The notes below the pieces were generated by a model, which saw nothing but the letters and a program-made list of their open reading frames with translations, had not been told where the DNA came from and did no database searches. A program made the position numbers and the translations under genes. This document shows, one piece after another, positions 36,971-47,777 of a DNA stretch of 64,000 bases. The number at the start of each line of letters is the position of its first letter. Position 1 is the first letter of the stretch. Origin of the DNA: Ignavibacteria bacterium (GTDB lineage Bacteria > Bacteroidota > Ignavibacteria > Kapaibacteriales > UBA4661); the NCBI GenBank assembly GCA_013298775.1, contig JAAFIV010000003.1:141460-205459 (forward strand), read 5' to 3'.

Positions 36971-39397
36971 GTGAAAACACGCTTATTCCCTCGCAAAGCC
37001 GCACTATTCCTTGCTTTGCTCTGCTGCACAACGCACATACTTCTTGCGCAAACACCAAGCGGCGGCATCAACATCTCTGGCACCGTCCGCGATGCAGAAA
37101 GCCGCGAAGTCTTGATTGGAGCAACGGTCTTTGTTGTGCGCGATACAAGCAATATCGCTGCAAGCACCATTTTACGCGGTGCGCGAGCAAATAAATTCGG
37201 CTTCTTTTCCTTGCCCGATGTGCCTGTGCGCGATGGCGAAGAATGCTTCGTTGTTGTGCGGAATATTGGCTACAAGACCGTCTTTACGCGCTACTCAGCC
37301 ACCTCGCCTGCACAATTAAACATCCTCGTTCCGCACCTCGCAAGCCGCACCCAAGAAGTAACCGTCCGCGCTCCTCGTGATTTACGGGCGGCAGTAGAGT
37401 CCATTTCCCGCGTGGATATGAGCGCGGAGACGATTCGCCGCTTGCCGTCCATTGGCGGGCAGACCGACGTTTTTCGCGCCTTGCAGCTTTTGCCAGGCAT
37501 TCAGTCGGCAGGTGAGCTTTCAAGCGGCTTGTACGTGCGTGGAGGTTCGCCCGACCAGAATTTGACGCTCTTGGACGGTGCGCTTATCTACAATCCGTCC
37601 CATTTGGCGGGCTTTTTCAGCACCTTCACCGCCGATGCCGTGCAAGATATTCGCCTCTACAAGGGCGCGTTTCCTGCCGAGTACGGCGGGCGCATTTCCA
37701 GCGTGATTGATATTACCATGAAAGAAGGCAACGCAAAACGCCTGAAGTTTAGCGGCAACCTCAGTACGATTATCGCCGAAGCTACGCTGGATGGACCCGT
37801 TCCGTTCACCGACAGCAATGTTACCTTCATGCTCTCGGCGCGGCGTATGCTCTTGGATTGGCTCATTCTCGCCCAGCGCGAACTCACCGACCAAGTGCCG
37901 CAAAATGTGCCGCTTCCGCTCTACTATTTTTACGATGTGAATGCAAAACTAAACTACCGCATTTCGCCCACAGACCGCTTGTATTTGAGCCTCTACACAG
38001 GGCGCGACAACTTGGGGTTCGATGCGTCGGGCTTGGGATTTGGTCTGGGTTGGGGCAATCTGAGCGGGAATCTGCGCTGGGCGCACGTGGTTTCGCCGAA
38101 TTTGTTCACCAATTTTTCCCTCATTTACACGAAATACGATTACACTTCCAGCCTAGAAGCAAGGATTGGTCGGCTTCGCACGACATTTTCAACGCTCTCA
38201 CAAATTGAAGATTGGACGCTGCGCGGCGAGGCAGAATGGCTTCCCTCCGCCAATCACGCCGTAAAAGCGGGCGTGGAAGTGATTCGCCATGAATTTACCA
38301 ACAACGTCGGAACCCGCATCGAACCTGCTCCTGCGGGCTTTATGCCGAGCGAAACAGGCGGAAAATTGCTGGGCTTGGAAGGCGCGGTGTACGCACAAGA
38401 CGAGTGGACAGTGGATGAACGCTTGCTTGTGAATCTCGGCGCACGGCTCTCGTGGTTTCAGTCGGGCGGGCAAATCAACCTCGAACCCAGAATCTCTGCG
38501 GGCTACAAGCTCACCAATGACCTGAAATTAACCGGCTCATTCGCGCTCGCAAACCAGTACGTGCATCTTCTCACGCGCAACGATATTTCTTTGCCCAGCG
38601 ACACGTGGCTGCCCGCAACCCGCACCATTCTTCCCGCGCGGAGTATGCAGGGTTCGCTCGGAATGGAAATGCCGATTGATGCTGGCGCATTTGGTGAACT
38701 CAAGGCTTCGGTGGAAGGGTATTACAAAACGATGCAAAATCTCTACGAATACCGCGACGGAACGCTCCTGAACACGCTCAATACCGAGCGTTTGGAGGAG
38801 CAGCTCACACGCGGCGCGGGCGAAAGTTACGGCGTGGAAGTGCTGGTGGAGAAAAAATCCAGCGAGCGCATTGGCGAGTTCTCCGGCTGGCTTGGTTACA
38901 CGCTTTCGTGGGCAAATCGCACCTTTCCTGAACTCAACAACGGACGCACCTTTGCACCGCGCTACGACAGGCGGCACAACCTCTCCCTCGCGCTTACCTA
39001 CTTGCTCGACGAGCAATGGGAATTCGGCGCGACGTGGACCTACGTGAGCGGACAACCCATCACGCTGCCAGCCGGGCAAGCGAATTTCCCCGACATCAAC
39101 GGCGCACCCGCTCTGACCGCAAACACGCCCAGCTACTACACCGGAGAGCGCAACAATGCTCGTATGACCCCGTTTCACAAACTCGACCTCAGTATCACTG
39201 CCCGCACACTCATTTTTATGTTTCCAGGAGAATACTATATTAGCATTTACAACGCTTACAACAACATGAACCCGTTTGCATGGATTATTTCCGATGCAAC
39301 GAATCCGCTTACCCCGCAAGCTGGCACAAAACCGAGCATTCAGCAAATTACGCTCTTTCCGATTATTCCGACCTTTGGTGTGCGAATTAAGTTTTGA
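36971..39397 (+). CDS. TonB-dependent receptor with N-terminal carboxypeptidase-regulatory-like domain
   Basis: ISGTVRDAES.E.LIGATV; plug LQLLPGIQ...YVRGGSPDQNL.LLDG; KGAFPAEYGGRISSV; YDRRH; terminal Phe. Confidence 0.92.
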   Translation: MKTRLFPRKAALFLALLCCTTHILLAQTPSGGINISGTVRDAESREVLIGATVFVVRDTSNIAASTILRGARANKFGFFSLPDVPVRDGEECFVVVRNIGYKTVFTRYSATSPAQLNILVPHLASRTQEVTVRAPRDLRAAVESISRVDMSAETIRRLPSIGGQTDVFRALQLLPGIQSAGELSSGLYVRGGSPDQNLTLLDGALIYNPSHLAGFFSTFTADAVQDIRLYKGAFPAEYGGRISSVIDITMKEGNAKRLKFSGNLSTIIAEATLDGPVPFTDSNVTFMLSARRMLLDWLILAQRELTDQVPQNVPLPLYYFYDVNAKLNYRISPTDRLYLSLYTGRDNLGFDASGLGFGLGWGNLSGNLRWAHVVSPNLFTNFSLIYTKYDYTSSLEARIGRLRTTFSTLSQIEDWTLRGEAEWLPSANHAVKAGVEVIRHEFTNNVGTRIEPAPAGFMPSETGGKLLGLEGAVYAQDEWTVDERLLVNLGARLSWFQSGGQINLEPRISAGYKLTNDLKLTGSFALANQYVHLLTRNDISLPSDTWLPATRTILPARSMQGSLGMEMPIDAGAFGELKASVEGYYKTMQNLYEYRDGTLLNTLNTERLEEQLTRGAGESYGVEVLVEKKSSERIGEFSGWLGYTLSWANRTFPELNNGRTFAPRYDRRHNLSLALTYLLDEQWEFGATWTYVSGQPITLPAGQANFPDINGAPALTANTPSYYTGERNNARMTPFHKLDLSITARTLIFMFPGEYYISIYNAYNNMNPFAWIISDATNPLTPQAGTKPSIQQITLFPIIPTFGVRIKF

Positions 39398-39412
39398 TGT
39401 ATCTAAACTCTT

Positions 39413-39529
39413 GTGAGGCTCTCACTTCCTAGTGAGGGTCTCACTTCCTAGTGAGGGTCTCACTTCATCACTTAAAAGTAAAAAAGTGAGACCCTTAACC
39501 TGCGAAGACGCAGGAATTGAGAGCCTCAC
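39413..39529. repeat. Repeat family C
   Basis: GTGAGG(C/G)TCTCACTTC x3 (19-bp period), then inverted AAGTGAGACCCT / TGAGAGCCTCAC. Confidence 0.85.
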
Positions 39530-39585
39530 ATTCGCCTGATGGATTGCGTAACCTAGCATCCCTTTACAAATAACTACTGACAAAA

Positions 39586-40524
39586 ATGCCCCAGAACACA
39601 AGAAAATATCAATCTCACAGAGCAATGACGATTGCTCTCTGCATGGCTTCACTCCTGAGTTCCTGCATCACCACCGTTACCGCGCCGCTTGATATTGCCT
39701 TTGAAGAAAGGCTCGTCGTGCGAGGCGTGGTGCGCTCTGGCGAAGCGTTGGAGAATATCAGCATCACAAAATCATTGCCCGTGCTTGAAGAGCCGACCAA
39801 TACTGGGCTTCAGGTCGGCGGCGTGGAAGGAACGATTACTGTGAATGGTCAAGGATTGAATAATCAAACCTACCCGCTCGTGCAGCAATCGCCGATTCTC
39901 TACGGCATTCGCCAGCCCAGTATTCGTGCGGCTTCGGGAATGTTGCTCACGCTCAACATCACACGCAAACTTCCAAACGGCACGGTACAATCTGCTTCCG
40001 CCGAAACCCGCATCCCACCTCAGCCCGTGATTCGCGGAGTGCGCATTATTCCGCAAACTGTCCTCAGCGTAACCACAGCCACGCCGATTCCAGGCGCGGA
40101 CCCTGTTACGATTGTCCGCATGGATACGGTCTTTGCGGCGGAAGTGATGTTGGAAGCCGAGCCACGAGTGGCGTACAGAATTGGCATACAAGCCATAGAC
40201 ACGGCGCAAAATCAAGCATTGACGCAGGTGTATGAAAGTAGCGTCCTCTTTCACACCGAAAGCGCGGCACAGGAACGCACCCTAAATTCGTCGGCATTAC
40301 CACGCAACACCCACGTATTTCTGCGAAATCCAGCCTTTCGCTACAAAGTAATTGTCTATGCGTTTGACGAAGCGTATTACCCGTATTTCCTCACGCGCGG
40401 GCGGGGGCAGCAAGCAACAAACATCTTTGGTGGTGCGAATGAAAATGTTTCGTGGAATATCAAAGGCGATGCAATCGGGATGTTTATTGGCATTGCCGAA
40501 AGGACGGTGTTTGTGCGCCCGTAA
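39586..40524 (+). CDS. DUF4249-like lipoprotein
   Basis: Lipobox LLSSC; RLVVRG; AETRIP; C-terminal WNIKGDAIGMFIG; follows a TonB receptor, as is typical. Confidence 0.75.
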   Translation: MPQNTRKYQSHRAMTIALCMASLLSSCITTVTAPLDIAFEERLVVRGVVRSGEALENISITKSLPVLEEPTNTGLQVGGVEGTITVNGQGLNNQTYPLVQQSPILYGIRQPSIRAASGMLLTLNITRKLPNGTVQSASAETRIPPQPVIRGVRIIPQTVLSVTTATPIPGADPVTIVRMDTVFAAEVMLEAEPRVAYRIGIQAIDTAQNQALTQVYESSVLFHTESAAQERTLNSSALPRNTHVFLRNPAFRYKVIVYAFDEAYYPYFLTRGRGQQATNIFGGANENVSWNIKGDAIGMFIGIAERTVFVRP

Positions 40525-40567
40525 TTGCTACGCTTGCAATTCTTTTTGTTGAATTATTGGAGTACGA

Positions 40568-41342
40568 AATGCTGAAATTCACATTGCCCACACACAAGAT
40601 TCTGTCAAGTGTTGAGGCTTTTTTTGTTGTCTATTGCGGATGCTGTTTGTTCCTGCTGGAAACCGCACCAGTGCTTGCGCAGTGGAGTCCCAATTCTCCT
40701 CGCGCTGAGCGTGCCTACGACGCACATTTGCAAGGCTACAATGCGCTTTTCCCTGCCGAACATGGCGCGTACTATATGCTTCCAATGGGTATTGCTTCTG
40801 GTGGCATGAGCGATGCGTTTGGGAGCAATCCTGCATATTTTTTTTCGGGTTTACCACGACAATGGTTCTTGCAAAGCACGATGATTCATTACGACCGTGT
40901 TATCATTGAAACCTTTCAAACAAGCGGTATTCTGCGCCTTGATTCGGCAGACACGGAAATAGCTACCTTCGGCAATACGCTTGGTTTCGGCTACATCGTT
41001 TTTGATACCACGCTCTCGCAAACAACCAAACTCAATCTCTTTCCTTTCCTCAGCACTGGCGTTCTGACGAGCCGCTTTTTTCAGCCGCGCATCACCTTCA
41101 GCGCGAGCCTGAGTGCGCTTTATACGATTGATATTTCTCAGCGTACTGCAATGCGGCGCAATGTAGGATTTGCTGTGCCAATTCGCATAGATATTGGCTA
41201 CACACGGCATTATACCGCCGTGCAGTCTGGCTTGGAAGATATTGGTGACGGTGGAGGCGTGTTTTTGCGCGTGAGCGTGGGCATAGGACCGCATTATTCG
41301 GCGGTTGTAGCGGGGACATACGACACGGTTGTACAGGAATAA
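40568..41342 (+). CDS. Hypothetical outer-membrane/secreted protein
   Basis: Signal-like segment ending PVLAQ; beta-strand-rich C-terminus (GVFLRVSVGIG); start uncertain. Confidence 0.6.
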
Positions 41343-41398
41343 TTGGAATAATTGGAATAATTAGAATAATTGGAATAATTAGAATAATTAGAATAATT
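41337..41398. repeat. Tandem repeat GAATAATT(G/A) x7
   Basis: Directly visible; the first unit contains the TAA stop of the upstream gene. Confidence 0.92.
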
Positions 41399-41416
41399 CC
41401 TTTCAATCACAAACAA

Positions 41417-41770
41417 TCACTCAGGAGAATTGCTTGGCGGAATGCGCTTTAGCAAGGAGTCTATGCGCTCAATAGTTTCCAATGTATCATCAAGATAAAA
41501 ATGCAATTCGGGCGAAAAGCGCAAACGTACCTTTCCTGTAACCTTGTGGCGAATATCTTTGGCACGGTCGGTTACTTTCGCTAAGGCTTGTTCGGGGCTG
41601 AGTTTGCCACCAAACACGCTCAAATACACCCGCGCAATACGCAAATCCGGCGACATCCGCACGTGTGTAACGGTGATAAGTCCAGCAGAAATCTCTGAAG
41701 CAAGGTCGCCCAAAGGACGCGACAGAGCTTGGCGAATTTCACTGGCTACTTTTTCGGTACGAATGGACAT
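41417..41770 (-). CDS. rbfA: Ribosome-binding factor A
   Basis: RTEKVASEI, ITVTHVRMSPDLRIARVY, LRFSPELHFYLD; lies downstream of infB. Confidence 0.95.
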   Translation of the reverse strand: MSIRTEKVASEIRQALSRPLGDLASEISAGLITVTHVRMSPDLRIARVYLSVFGGKLSPEQALAKVTDRAKDIRHKVTGKVRLRFSPELHFYLDDTLETIERIDSLLKRIPPSNSPE

Positions 41771-41820
41771 AGTGGGAAAGGATGAAATGTGAGAGATGAA
41801 GGCGAAAGCATATTCTAACG

Positions 41821-41855
41821 AAAAAGCCTGAAAGTACGAGGCTTACAGGCTTTTT
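41821..41855 (-). terminator. Hairpin/terminator between infB and rbfA
   Basis: AAAAAGCCTG...CAGGCTTTTT. Confidence 0.6.
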
Positions 41856-41905
41856 CAATGATATTTTTCAGTTTAACTGACAGCTTCCGTTTTAGAGCTT
41901 CTGTT

Positions 41906-44900
41906 TTAGAGCTTCCGCTTGACTTCTGTTTTGCGAACCGCTTCAATCAAGTCGCCTGTTTGAATATCGTTATAGCCATCAATTGCCATACCGCACTCAA
42001 AGCCAGAATCTACCTCGCGTACGTCTTCTTTGATACGCTTTAAAGAAGCAAGACGACCTGTGTAGATTTCAAAGCCATCGCGAACAAGGCGCACGGTATC
42101 GTTGCGGTTGATTTTGCCTTCAAGCATGTAGCAGCCCGCAATGTTGCCGAGCTTGCTAATTTTGAAGACTTCGCGAATCTCAGCAACACCAACAACTTCT
42201 TCTTTGATTTCTGGCATCAACATACCTTCAAGAGCGAGCTTGACTTCGTTAATACAGTCGTAGATGATACGATACAAGCGAATATCAACGCCTTCGTTCT
42301 CTGCGAGCTTTGCCGCTTGAACGTTAGGACGGACGTGGAATCCAACAATCACGGCTTCCGAAGCTGCCGCAAGCATAATATCGGATTCGGTAATCGTTCC
42401 CACTGCGCGAAGGATGATAGATACTTGTACTTCTGGCGTAGAGAGCTTTTGGAGTGAGTCTGCAAGAGCTTCCACCGAGCCGTCGGTATCGCCTTTCAAA
42501 ATAATCTTCAATTCTTGTACACCACCAGCTTTGATGCGGCTTGCAATGTCGTCGAGCGTTACGTGGCGAATACGCTTGAAATCCTGCTCGCGCTTGATTT
42601 GCTGACGTGTGGTCGCAATTTCACGCGCTTCTTGTTCAGAATCCATCACGATAAAAGAATCGCCCGCTTGTGGCACGCCGTCAAAACCCAAGATTTGAAC
42701 AGGGGTTGAGGGGATTGCTTCTTCAATGCGCTCGCCGTTTTCGTTGAACATCGCACGGACGCGCCCTGCGTAAATGCCCGACAAGAACGAGTCGCCAACG
42801 TGCAATGTCCCTTTTTGGACAATCACCGTTGCAACGGGACCTTTGCCTTTGTCAATTTTCGCCTCGACGACCGTTCCACGTGCGTTCCGGTCAGGATTTG
42901 CGCGGAGATTGAGCAATTCTGCTTCCAGCAAAATTTTCTCCAAAAGCTGCTCAATGTTCAGACCTTTTTTCGCGGAAATCATTGCCGACTGAAACTTGCC
43001 GCCCCATTCTTCCACAAGAACGTTGTGGTCGGAAAGCTGCTGACGCACTTTATCGGGATTCGCTTCGGCTTTATCAATTTTGTTAATCGCCACAACCATC
43101 GGAACGTTTGCCGCCCGCGCATGGCTAATAGCTTCAATTGTTTGCGGCATTACGTTGTCATCCGCCGCTACCACCAAGACCACAAGGTCGGTTACTTGCG
43201 CACCACGCGCACGCATTGCCGTAAATGCTTGGTGTCCGGGCGTATCAAGGAAGGTGATAAACTTGCCATCGGTCATTTTTACGCTATACGCACCAATGTG
43301 CTGCGTAATACCGCCCGACTCGCCGCTCACAACGCTCGTTTTGCGAATGTGGTCGAGAAGCGAGGTTTTTCCGTGATCAACGTGTCCCATGACTGTTACA
43401 ATCGGCGCACGGGCAACAAGTGTTTCTTCCTCTTCATCATCGTCGTCCTCCACGAGTTCTTCTTCGGAGAACGCATCTTCAAATTCCACTGCAAAACCGT
43501 AGTCGTCGGCGATAAGAGTAATCGTATCTTTCTCAAGGCGTTGATTGATAGACACCATCAAGCCTAAGCCCATACATTTTACAATGATGTCATTCGTTTG
43601 AACGCCCATAATTCCTGCAAGGTCGGCAACCGTGATAAACTCGGTTACGCGCAGGATTCCTTCTTCTTGTTCGCGGAGTTCGGCTTGGCGTTCTTGCTCT
43701 TCGGCACGCTCCATTTTGCGTTTTTGGCGAAGACGTGTCCGCATGGCAAGATTTGATTCGTCCTGCCCTGCGAGTGTTCTGCGAATTGCCTTATCAACAT
43801 CTTCCGCGTTCACTTGCTCGCGTTTGTTCTTTTTCCGTTTTTTCTTACCCGCAAGCCCAGCAGCACCGCCACCCGGACCGCCTTTTTTCACAACGCCATC
43901 ATCACCATCTTTTGTCCAATCTTTTGCTTTGGCAATGACTGGAACAGCTTTGCTAACTGGCTTGTCGCGTCCATCGCCTGCAACGTGTGGTGGGCGTGGT
44001 TTTCCGCCACCACCACCATCGCGCCCTCTTGGAGCATCGCCACGTGCGCCGCCGCCGCGTTCTGGCGCAGCAGCACCGCGCTCTGAGCGGCGTGGACCGC
44101 CAAGTTCAATTTTACCTAAAATGGTCAAGCCCGTTGGCATTGGGGTTGAGTACGGAGCGTTATCAACAAAGACCTCACCAATACGTTTTTTACGTTTGCG
44201 TTTGCCGCTTTCGTCGTGTTGTGCGTCGTCATCGTGTTCATGCTCATCGTCAGCGTCATTCACGTCTGCATCGCTTACAGAATCTGTTTTTTCAGTAAGA
44301 TTTTTGGAGGCAGGTGCGTCTTGCCCAATACCTGCAACAGCACCGCTCTGGGCAACGGCGGTAGGCGGAGTGCTTTGTTTCGCAGATGCGGTCTGAGAAG
44401 GAGCTTCTGAAGCAATACTCTTCGACGAAACGGGTGCTGTTTCTTTTTTACTTGTTTGCGCAACAGACGACGCATCAGTATCAATAAGCGTAGCAGTTAC
44501 ATCGAGCTTTGATGCGGCTTCGGTCTTTTTCACACCAAGTTCTTGTGCAATATCTTTTTCCTTGCCTTTTCCAGTCTTTCCTTTCGAGCGGCGCGAAGAA
44601 CCGTCGTCCAATTGAATCACCGTTCCAACAGCTACCCCAGCTTCGGCGGGAGCAGTAGAACTACGCACATCTCCTGATGGAGCCTGATGTTCCGTGCTTT
44701 CTTGCGAAGAAGGATGTTCGTGTGAAGGAGACGAATGCGGTGCTGATGATACATGCGGAGCGTCATCATGCGCTCCCACAGGCGCAGAAGAAGAGGAAAT
44801 ACCTCCATCGGCAGAATCATGCTCGTGCGGAAGAGCCGTTGTTGCTTGCTCCCCTACTGCGTGGTCATCGGTATCTGTTTTGGGAGCTACCTTCGCACGC

Positions 44901-45088
44901 TGCTTTTCCGCAGCAGAGGCTTCTTTTTGAAAATTTCCCATAACGAGATCCACCATTGCGTCTGTAAGAGTCGCAGTGGCTTTGTTCTCAATGGAAAAAC
45001 CCTTGCCTTGCAAAAATTCCACAATGGTTTCTTTGCCGACGTTGATTTGAGAAGCAATTTTAAACAGTTTTGTTCCCGTACTTGCCAT
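41906..45088 (-). CDS. infB: Translation initiation factor IF-2
   Basis: [37 protein letters not shown] at 45088 preferred. Confidence 0.97.
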   Translation of the reverse strand: MASTGTKLFKIASQINVGKETIVEFLQGKGFSIENKATATLTDAMVDLVMGNFQKEASAAEKQRAKVAPKTDTDDHAVGEQATTALPHEHDSADGGISSSSAPVGAHDDAPHVSSAPHSSPSHEHPSSQESTEHQAPSGDVRSSTAPAEAGVAVGTVIQLDDGSSRRSKGKTGKGKEKDIAQELGVKKTEAASKLDVTATLIDTDASSVAQTSKKETAPVSSKSIASEAPSQTASAKQSTPPTAVAQSGAVAGIGQDAPASKNLTEKTDSVSDADVNDADDEHEHDDDAQHDESGKRKRKKRIGEVFVDNAPYSTPMPTGLTILGKIELGGPRRSERGAAAPERGGGARGDAPRGRDGGGGGKPRPPHVAGDGRDKPVSKAVPVIAKAKDWTKDGDDGVVKKGGPGGGAAGLAGKKKRKKNKREQVNAEDVDKAIRRTLAGQDESNLAMRTRLRQKRKMERAEEQERQAELREQEEGILRVTEFITVADLAGIMGVQTNDIIVKCMGLGLMVSINQRLEKDTITLIADDYGFAVEFEDAFSEEELVEDDDDEEEETLVARAPIVTVMGHVDHGKTSLLDHIRKTSVVSGESGGITQHIGAYSVKMTDGKFITFLDTPGHQAFTAMRARGAQVTDLVVLVVAADDNVMPQTIEAISHARAANVPMVVAINKIDKAEANPDKVRQQLSDHNVLVEEWGGKFQSAMISAKKGLNIEQLLEKILLEAELLNLRANPDRNARGTVVEAKIDKGKGPVATVIVQKGTLHVGDSFLSGIYAGRVRAMFNENGERIEEAIPSTPVQILGFDGVPQAGDSFIVMDSEQEAREIATTRQQIKREQDFKRIRHVTLDDIASRIKAGGVQELKIILKGDTDGSVEALADSLQKLSTPEVQVSIILRAVGTITESDIMLAAASEAVIVGFHVRPNVQAAKLAENEGVDIRLYRIIYDCINEVKLALEGMLMPEIKEEVVGVAEIREVFKISKLGNIAGCYMLEGKINRNDTVRLVRDGFEIYTGRLASLKRIKEDVREVDSGFECGMAIDGYNDIQTGDLIEAVRKTEVKRKL

Positions 45089-45220
45089 AGAATAAATGTA
45101 AATGAAACAGCGGAAGTTAATATACAACCGAAACTTCCAATCGGCAATCTCTCTTTGACTTTAAGTTGTCTTTTTTGTTCTCTTTTTTGTTCTCGTTCTT
45201 GCTTTTTATCCGACCAAATA

Positions 45221-46654
45221 TCACAACGCCGGACTTGGAGCGGGTTCTGCGCTTGGTGTTGCTACACCATTTTCCTGTGAAACGGGTTGTGAAACAGCTT
45301 GCGGAGCGTCTTCTGAGGATGCTTCCGGAGCAGATTCACTTGGCGTTTCGCCAAGCACCGCATTGGTAATGTGTTCACGCATTTCGCCCGATTCGCGCTC
45401 GCCAAATTCTTCCAAAATTAAGCTACGTAATTCCAACAGTAATTCCTTCGTCATGCCTGAAATTGCCAGCAATTTCGCGGGGTCGGTGTTCAAGAATTCG
45501 CGGGCGGTATCAATTTCTGCTTCGATGATACGGTTGTACACATCGCGTCCCATCTCGTCGCGGAACTCAATCAATTCAATATCTTCAACGCCTTCTTTTA
45601 CAAGCGAAATCGAATAGCCCGTCAGGCGAGAAGCCAAGCGGACATTCTGACCATTTTTGCCAATAGCAAGCGATACTTGGTCGTCAGCAACAATCACTGA
45701 ACAGGTACGTGTTTCTGGCACGACCTTAATTTCCTTGATTTTTGCTGGCGAAAGCGCACGGGCAATAAACGTCGCTGGGTCGTCGGAATAATTGATAACG
45801 TCAATGTTTTCGTTTGCCAATTCACGCACGATTGAGTGAATACGAATGCCTTTCATACCCACGCACGCACCAACGGGGTCAATGCGCTCGTCGTAGGATT
45901 GAACAGCAACTTTGGCACGTTCGCCTGGGTCGCGGGCAATAGCTTTGATTTCAATCAGACGGTCGTAAATTTCTGGAATTTCAATTTCAAAAAGTTTCGC
46001 CAAAAACGCATTATCGGCGCGAGAAATGATGATGTCTGGATTACCCGACGCACCACGACGCACTTCTTTGATAATCGCACGAAGCGGCTCGTTTTTGCGG
46101 TATCGCTCGCGAGCAATTTGCTCTTCGCGCGGGAGGCGCATTTCTACGTTATTCAGCATGACAAATACATCCGAACGACGAATTTGATGCACTTCACCAA
46201 CAACAATTTCATTCAATTTTTCGGCAAACTGCGCTTGAACGTTATCGCGCTCAACGTCGCGAACGCGCTGGTTCAAGGTTTGTCCGGCGGTGTTCACAAG
46301 GCGGCGACCGAAGTTTTCCGCGATATTGTCTAGCGTAATTTCTTCCAAAAATTCATCACCAATGTCGTAGCTTTCTGTGCCTTGATTCGCCTCATTTTGT
46401 GCGATTTCTAATACCGCATCTTCTACATTTTCCACGACGGTCAAAATGCGATAAATCTCAATATCGCCTTTGTCCATGTTCACAACAATATCAAACTCTG
46501 CACGCTCGCCGTACTTTTTGCGCACCAGCATTGAAAGAGTTTCTTTAATAATTTCTTGCAAGACAGCGCGGTCGAGTCCTTTTTCACGCGCCATTTCCGC
46601 GAAAGCATCTACAATAATGCTCTTATCGAATTTTGGTTTTGCTTTCCGTGCCAT
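45221..46654 (-). CDS. nusA: Transcription termination factor NusA
   Basis: FGRR, LFEIEIPEI, ARDPGERAKVAV, DPVGACVGMKG, AIGKNGQNVRLAS. Confidence 0.97.
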   Translation of the reverse strand: MARKAKPKFDKSIIVDAFAEMAREKGLDRAVLQEIIKETLSMLVRKKYGERAEFDIVVNMDKGDIEIYRILTVVENVEDAVLEIAQNEANQGTESYDIGDEFLEEITLDNIAENFGRRLVNTAGQTLNQRVRDVERDNVQAQFAEKLNEIVVGEVHQIRRSDVFVMLNNVEMRLPREEQIARERYRKNEPLRAIIKEVRRGASGNPDIIISRADNAFLAKLFEIEIPEIYDRLIEIKAIARDPGERAKVAVQSYDERIDPVGACVGMKGIRIHSIVRELANENIDVINYSDDPATFIARALSPAKIKEIKVVPETRTCSVIVADDQVSLAIGKNGQNVRLASRLTGYSISLVKEGVEDIELIEFRDEMGRDVYNRIIEAEIDTAREFLNTDPAKLLAISGMTKELLLELRSLILEEFGERESGEMREHITNAVLGETPSESAPEASSEDAPQAVSQPVSQENGVATPSAEPAPSPAL

Positions 46655-46712
46655 GAATGGTCAGAGTTTGTTATGATTTCAGTTGATAATTCTGTGGGTG
46701 ATGTGTTGGGAG

Positions 46713-46780
46713 GAACAGACAAGAGTGTCTGTTCTACCGAAGCCAAGTATTTGTCTGCTATTTGTCTGCTATTTGTCTGC
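46713..46780. repeat. Repeat family B unit followed by TATTTGTCTGC x3
   Basis: GAACAGACAAGAGTGTCTGTTCTACCGAAGCC, then an 11-bp tandem repeat at 46748-46780. Confidence 0.85.
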
Positions 46781-46815
46781 GCCCCAAGACGCAAAAATAT
46801 TACATCTTACAAATC

Positions 46816-47367
46816 TCAAAATTCAATTTCAACAATTGCCGAGCGAATCTCAGCAAGAGGAATTTCCATCGGGTACGTTGGTGCGCCACTGGCGGCGGCT
46901 TTTTTTGCGGCTGTCTTGGAAATACTGGTCTTTGGAGCTTCCAGCACCAATACTTCACCGCCCACTGCATCCTGCAAAAGCTGTCCAATACGCCCTTTTA
47001 CGGAGGTGCCGCTTGTAAGCTCAAGCGTAAGCAAACGTCCTGCATTGCGCTGATATTGCCACGAGAATTGGAGCGGTCTTGAAACGCCTGGCGAAGAAAC
47101 TTCGAGGCGGTATGCGGCGGGGAAGGCTTTTTCGGCTTCCAACATTTCGCCAATCTTCTCTGACAGCACGCCACATTCTTCGAGACTCATTCCTTCGGGC
47201 TTATCTACGTATATTTCCACAATCCGTCGTTCTTTCGAGCCGCGTACAATGGCTTCCACGAGTACCGCGCCTTCGTTTGCACAGAGTTCGCGGAGTGCGA
47301 TTTCTATTGCTGGCGCGAGAGATATGGCGGCTTGCGCGGTATGTTCTTGTGTCTGGGCATTGCTCAT
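46816..47367 (-). CDS. rimP: Ribosome maturation factor RimP
   Basis: IYVDKPEGMSLEEC, YRLEVSSPGVSRPL; first gene of the nusA-infB operon; ATG at 47367 preferred. Confidence 0.93.
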   Translation of the reverse strand: MSNAQTQEHTAQAAISLAPAIEIALRELCANEGAVLVEAIVRGSKERRIVEIYVDKPEGMSLEECGVLSEKIGEMLEAEKAFPAAYRLEVSSPGVSRPLQFSWQYQRNAGRLLTLELTSGTSVKGRIGQLLQDAVGGEVLVLEAPKTSISKTAAKKAAASGAPTYPMEIPLAEIRSAIVEIEF

Positions 47368-47397
47368 AGTGCAACGAGGTACAAATGGACAAGAAAC

Positions 47398-47425
47398 AAA
47401 AAAAGGGCTTCGTAAAGAAAGCCCG
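47398..47425 (-). promoter_or_regulatory. rimP-leader attenuator hairpin
   Basis: Minus strand GGGCTTTCTTTACGAAGCCC-TTTTTTT about 30 nt upstream of rimP. Confidence 0.7.
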
Positions 47426-47505
47426 AAATAAACGAAATAACGATGTCGGAATAACTCGTAATTAACGATGTACTTTTGGATACTTACGCTCAACTAGACA
47501 AGCCA

Positions 47506-47537
47506 CAAAGTTACGGAAAAATTTTAACTTGTCCAAA
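47506..47537 (-). promoter_or_regulatory. Bacteroidota-type promoter for the rimP operon
   Basis: Minus strand TTTG-N20-TAACTTTG, an exact match to the consensus. Confidence 0.65.
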
Positions 47538-47777
47538 TTTTCCCTCAGCTTCGATAGCGAGTCCGCTTTGTTCTTTCTCGGAAATCACCTCAACTTCCTC
47601 CTTTCTTGAATTCAAGTTTTGTATTCTCCATACTTTCTGCGTACTTTGCTGTGGTGATGCTTTGCGGGCAACCGTGCTTGAGAATCCTCTCAAGAACCGC
47701 CGTCATTCCTCACAGCATTTCGTGTTCGTAATTTGTTCATGTTTCTGTTCGTGTACCACCCAACTTTTCTTTTGTCT

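Noticed and set aside
39413..39529. Family C arrays (and other repeats) as a CRISPR array
   Set aside because: Units are 19-20 bp and adjacent, with no unique ~30-bp spacers; they switch orientation, and no cas genes are present.
41098..41406. Ile-rich ORF MKGIILIILIIPII... as a signal or leader peptide
   Set aside because: It is the antisense translation of the 9-bp tandem repeat.
43600..45088. Long low-complexity N-terminus of IF-2 as an insertion
   Set aside because: Variable, extended N-terminal regions are normal for IF-2, and no repeat-family sequence was found in it.
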